A stretch of DNA of 64,000 nt from Acidimicrobiaceae bacterium. Its GTDB lineage: Bacteria > Actinomycetota > Acidimicrobiia > Acidimicrobiales > Aldehydirespiratoraceae. The stretch is taken from NCBI GenBank assembly GCA_009843735.1, contig VYCW01000087.1, positions 7,589-71,588 of the forward strand, in the 5' to 3' direction. A model generated the notes under the pieces. It searched no databases. It saw only the letters and a program-made list of their open reading frames with translations, and was not told the DNA's origin. Positions 61,943 through 64,000 of this stretch are shown here, piece by piece (position 1 is the first letter of the stretch; every line of letters starts with the position of its first letter). The position numbers were made by a program, and so were the translations under genes.

Positions 61943-62965
61943 TCAGCCTTTGACGAGCTCCACGGCCTGGCGGCACTCCTGCTCGGATCGGGCGGCCACG
62001 TTCAGCATGGTGACCGGAGAGTCCTCCCAGGCCTGGAGCCGTTCGCGAATCCGCTCGGCCGGCCCCACGAGGGAGATCTCGTCGGCGAACTGGAGGGGCA
62101 CGGCCGCGATCGCCTCATCCCTGCGTCCCTCCAGGAACAGCCGCTGGACCTCGTAGGCGGCCTCCTCGTATCCCATCCGGGCCATGAGCTGGGTGTGGTA
62201 GTTCTGGCCCTCGGCACCCATCCCGCCGATGTAGAAGCCGAGGCTGGCCCGCACCGGCCACAGAGCCTCCTCGATCCCATCGGGGTCGCACACCCGCAGC
62301 GTGGTGTGCACCGCGATCTCGAATCCATCGGGGGCGCCGGACAGCTGGGACGCGTAGACCTCGGGTCGCAGCGGCGAGTAGTACAGCGGCAGCCAGCCGT
62401 CGGCTATCTCGACGGTCTGGGCCACGTTGCGGGGCCCCTCGGCGCCGATCCAGATCGGGATCGGGCGCAGAGGATGGGTCATGATCTTGAGCGGCTTGCC
62501 GAGGCCCTCCGCCCCCTCGCCGGAGTAGGGATGCTGGAAGTGGTCGCCTTCGAAGGTGAGGTGGTCGGCGCGCTCGAACACCCGTCGCAGGACCTCCACG
62601 TACTCGCGGGTGCGGGCCAGGGGCCGGGCCGAGGGGCGGCCGTACCAGCCCTCCACCACCTGGGGCCCGGAGACGCCCAGCCCGAGGATGGCCCGCCCGC
62701 CGGAGATGTGGTCCAGGGTCACCGCGTGCATGGCTGTGGCCGTGGGCGTGCGGGCCGCGATCTGCGCCACGCCCGTTCCCAGCCGGATGCGCTCGGTGGC
62801 CGCCGCGATGAGGACGAGGGGCGAGAACGCGTCGGAGCCCCACGACTCGCCGGTCCACGCCGCGTCGAACCCGGCCCGCTCGGCTGCGGTGGCCAGCTCT
62901 ACCAGACCGTCGGGCATCGCCCGGCCCCAATATCCCAGCGTCAATCCGAGTTGCACGGACGGCAC
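61943..62965 (-). CDS. LLM-class F420-dependent oxidoreductase
   Basis: LGLTLGYW..., AAWTGESWGSDA and GLGVSGPQVVEGWYG patterns. Start uncertain (GTG 62965 or 62956; tracked 63028). Confidence 0.75.
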   Translation of the reverse strand: MPSVQLGLTLGYWGRAMPDGLVELATAAERAGFDAAWTGESWGSDAFSPLVLIAAATERIRLGTGVAQIAARTPTATAMHAVTLDHISGGRAILGLGVSGPQVVEGWYGRPSARPLARTREYVEVLRRVFERADHLTFEGDHFQHPYSGEGAEGLGKPLKIMTHPLRPIPIWIGAEGPRNVAQTVEIADGWLPLYYSPLRPEVYASQLSGAPDGFEIAVHTTLRVCDPDGIEEALWPVRASLGFYIGGMGAEGQNYHTQLMARMGYEEAAYEVQRLFLEGRRDEAIAAVPLQFADEISLVGPAERIRERLQAWEDSPVTMLNVAARSEQECRQAVELVKG

Positions 62966-63026
62966 GCTAACGCCGGTGGCCTGGGCTGGTAGCGTGTCCG
63001 CGGTTCTTGGCGGGCGGAAAACCACC

Positions 63027-64000
63027 ATGACTGTGAGATCCTCCCACCGCCGCTTCCCTGCGTTCTACCGGCGCCGCTTGGGCGTGCTCGGGCTCTTGCT
63101 CGCGATCGCGGTGGCGGCCGCATCGGGCCCGGCCGCCGCGCAGAGCGACGAGGAGATCATCGACCAGAGCAAGAGGATCATCGAGAGTCGAGAGGCCAAT
63201 CGCAAGGAGTTACAGCGGGTGGCCGAGGACGCGACCGAGAACCTCGATGCGGCCACGGCCGAGGCCGCGGATCTGATCGACGCGCTCAACAAGGCGCAGG
63301 CCGCGGTCGACGCCCAGCAAACCGCCCTCAACGAGGCCGAGCGGGCCGTGGCCGACGCCGAGACCATCGTGGCCGAGGCCGAGACCCGGATCGTCGAGCT
63401 CGAGGCGGAGCTGGTGTCCACCCAGGAGGGGCTGCTGAAGGCTGTGGTCGAGTCCTACGTCTCGTTCCAAGCCCCGACCGGCACGTTGAGCGTCCTCGGC
63501 GCCGATCCGTGGGAGAACGCCCGCGAGGAGGCCCTCGCCGGGTTCGCCACCGGCAGCGGGATCGACGACCTCGACGATCTGCGCCGGCTGGGCGAGGAAC
63601 TGGAGCGCTGGCGACTCCAGGTCACCGAGGCGGCCGCCGAGGCCGAGACTCGCCGCCGGGAAGCGAACCTCGTCCTGGCCGATCTGCTCGAGGCCGTCGA
63701 CCGCGAGGCCGCGCTGTCGGTGGAGGCCGAGGCGCGGGTCGACCGGCGCCTCGTGGAGGTTCAGCTGATCAGGCAGCAGGACGCCGAACTGGCCGCCGAG
63801 ATCGAGGCCGCCGAGCGCGAGATCGTCGAGGCCCTCGCCCGGCAGCGGGCCGCCGAGGAGGCTCGGCGGAGAGCCGAGGAGGAAGCCCGGCGCAAGGCGG
63901 AGGAGGAGGCCCGGCGCAGAGCCGAGGAAGCAGGCCGGGCGGAGGAGCCGGTCGCGACGGTGGGCCCCGATGGCGTCAACTTCACGCTCGTCTGGGTGCG
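63027..64000 (+). CDS. Secreted coiled-coil protein (5' part; probably the N-terminal region of a cell-wall hydrolase-type protein)
   Basis: Not in the ORF track because there is no stop in the window. ATG 63027 begins MTVRSSHRRFPAFYRRRLGVLGLLLAIAVAAASGPAAAQS (signal peptide), followed by long Ala/Glu-rich heptad-like sequence and an EEARR(R/K)AE x3 repeat. The frame is open to nt 64000. Confidence 0.7.
   Translation, partial: MTVRSSHRRFPAFYRRRLGVLGLLLAIAVAAASGPAAAQSDEEIIDQSKRIIESREANRKELQRVAEDATENLDAATAEAADLIDALNKAQAAVDAQQTALNEAERAVADAETIVAEAETRIVELEAELVSTQEGLLKAVVESYVSFQAPTGTLSVLGADPWENAREEALAGFATGSGIDDLDDLRRLGEELERWRLQVTEAAAEAETRRREANLVLADLLEAVDREAALSVEAEARVDRRLVEVQLIRQQDAELAAEIEAAEREIVEALARQRAAEEARRRAEEEARRKAEEEARRRAEEAGRAEEPVATVGPDGVNFTLVWV

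Overview
High-GC (about 65-70% by eye) actinobacterial-type chromosomal window. It is densely coding, with about 65 CDS. I saw no rRNA, tRNA, CRISPR, transposase or integrase. Coordinates come from the ORF track, with start codons refined by eye, so starts carry roughly +/- 10-30 codons of uncertainty. Layout from left to right: (1) 1-1844: a selenocysteine (in-frame TGA) formate-dehydrogenase-like gene behind a BKACE gene. (2) 1942-17211: proS, then a one-carbon / methylamine-demethylation block (dimethylglycine-dehydrogenase-like gene, etfBA, IclR regulator, fhs, metF-like, folD, serA-like, DUF1015), interrupted by a lower-GC rmuC gene. (3) 17249-22296: a sulfatase / class-III aminotransferase / FAD-oxidoreductase operon. 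(4) 22321-25100: a small accessory patch holding a tandem palindromic repeat, two VapBC toxin-antitoxin pairs and a C45 peptidase. (5) 25089-29282: housekeeping and miscellaneous genes (thrH-like, VOC, rnhB). (6) 29320-50436: the most interesting region, a roughly 20 kb multi-operon cluster. It contains every non-nitrilase member of the poorly understood Nit1C / MSMEG_0565-0572 / sll0783-0787 'nitrogen-starvation/cyanide' gene set: Hp1, Hp2, flavoprotein, GNAT, radical SAM, AIR-synthase-like protein and glycosyltransferase. The signature nitrilase is missing. In its place is a Co-type nitrile hydratase (beta, alpha, His-tailed accessory protein) with an AmiS/UreI channel and a CbtAB cobalt transporter. 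Interleaved with these are a complete but split FdrA/DUF1116/DUF2877/carbamate-kinase (AllFGH-AllK-like) module, two fumarate-lyase-superfamily enzymes, a ComA-like phosphosulfolactate-synthase homolog and a Cys-rich unknown protein. Two of its operons carry near-identical promoters with a conserved +5..+25 box. (7) 50496-64000: gpsA, fbiD, a PIG-L deacetylase, a P-type ATPase, SDRs, a lipid kinase, cysQ-like, a methyltransferase, two LLM oxidoreductases and a secreted coiled-coil protein that runs off the window. All family assignments come from recognising motifs in the translations. No searches were run.
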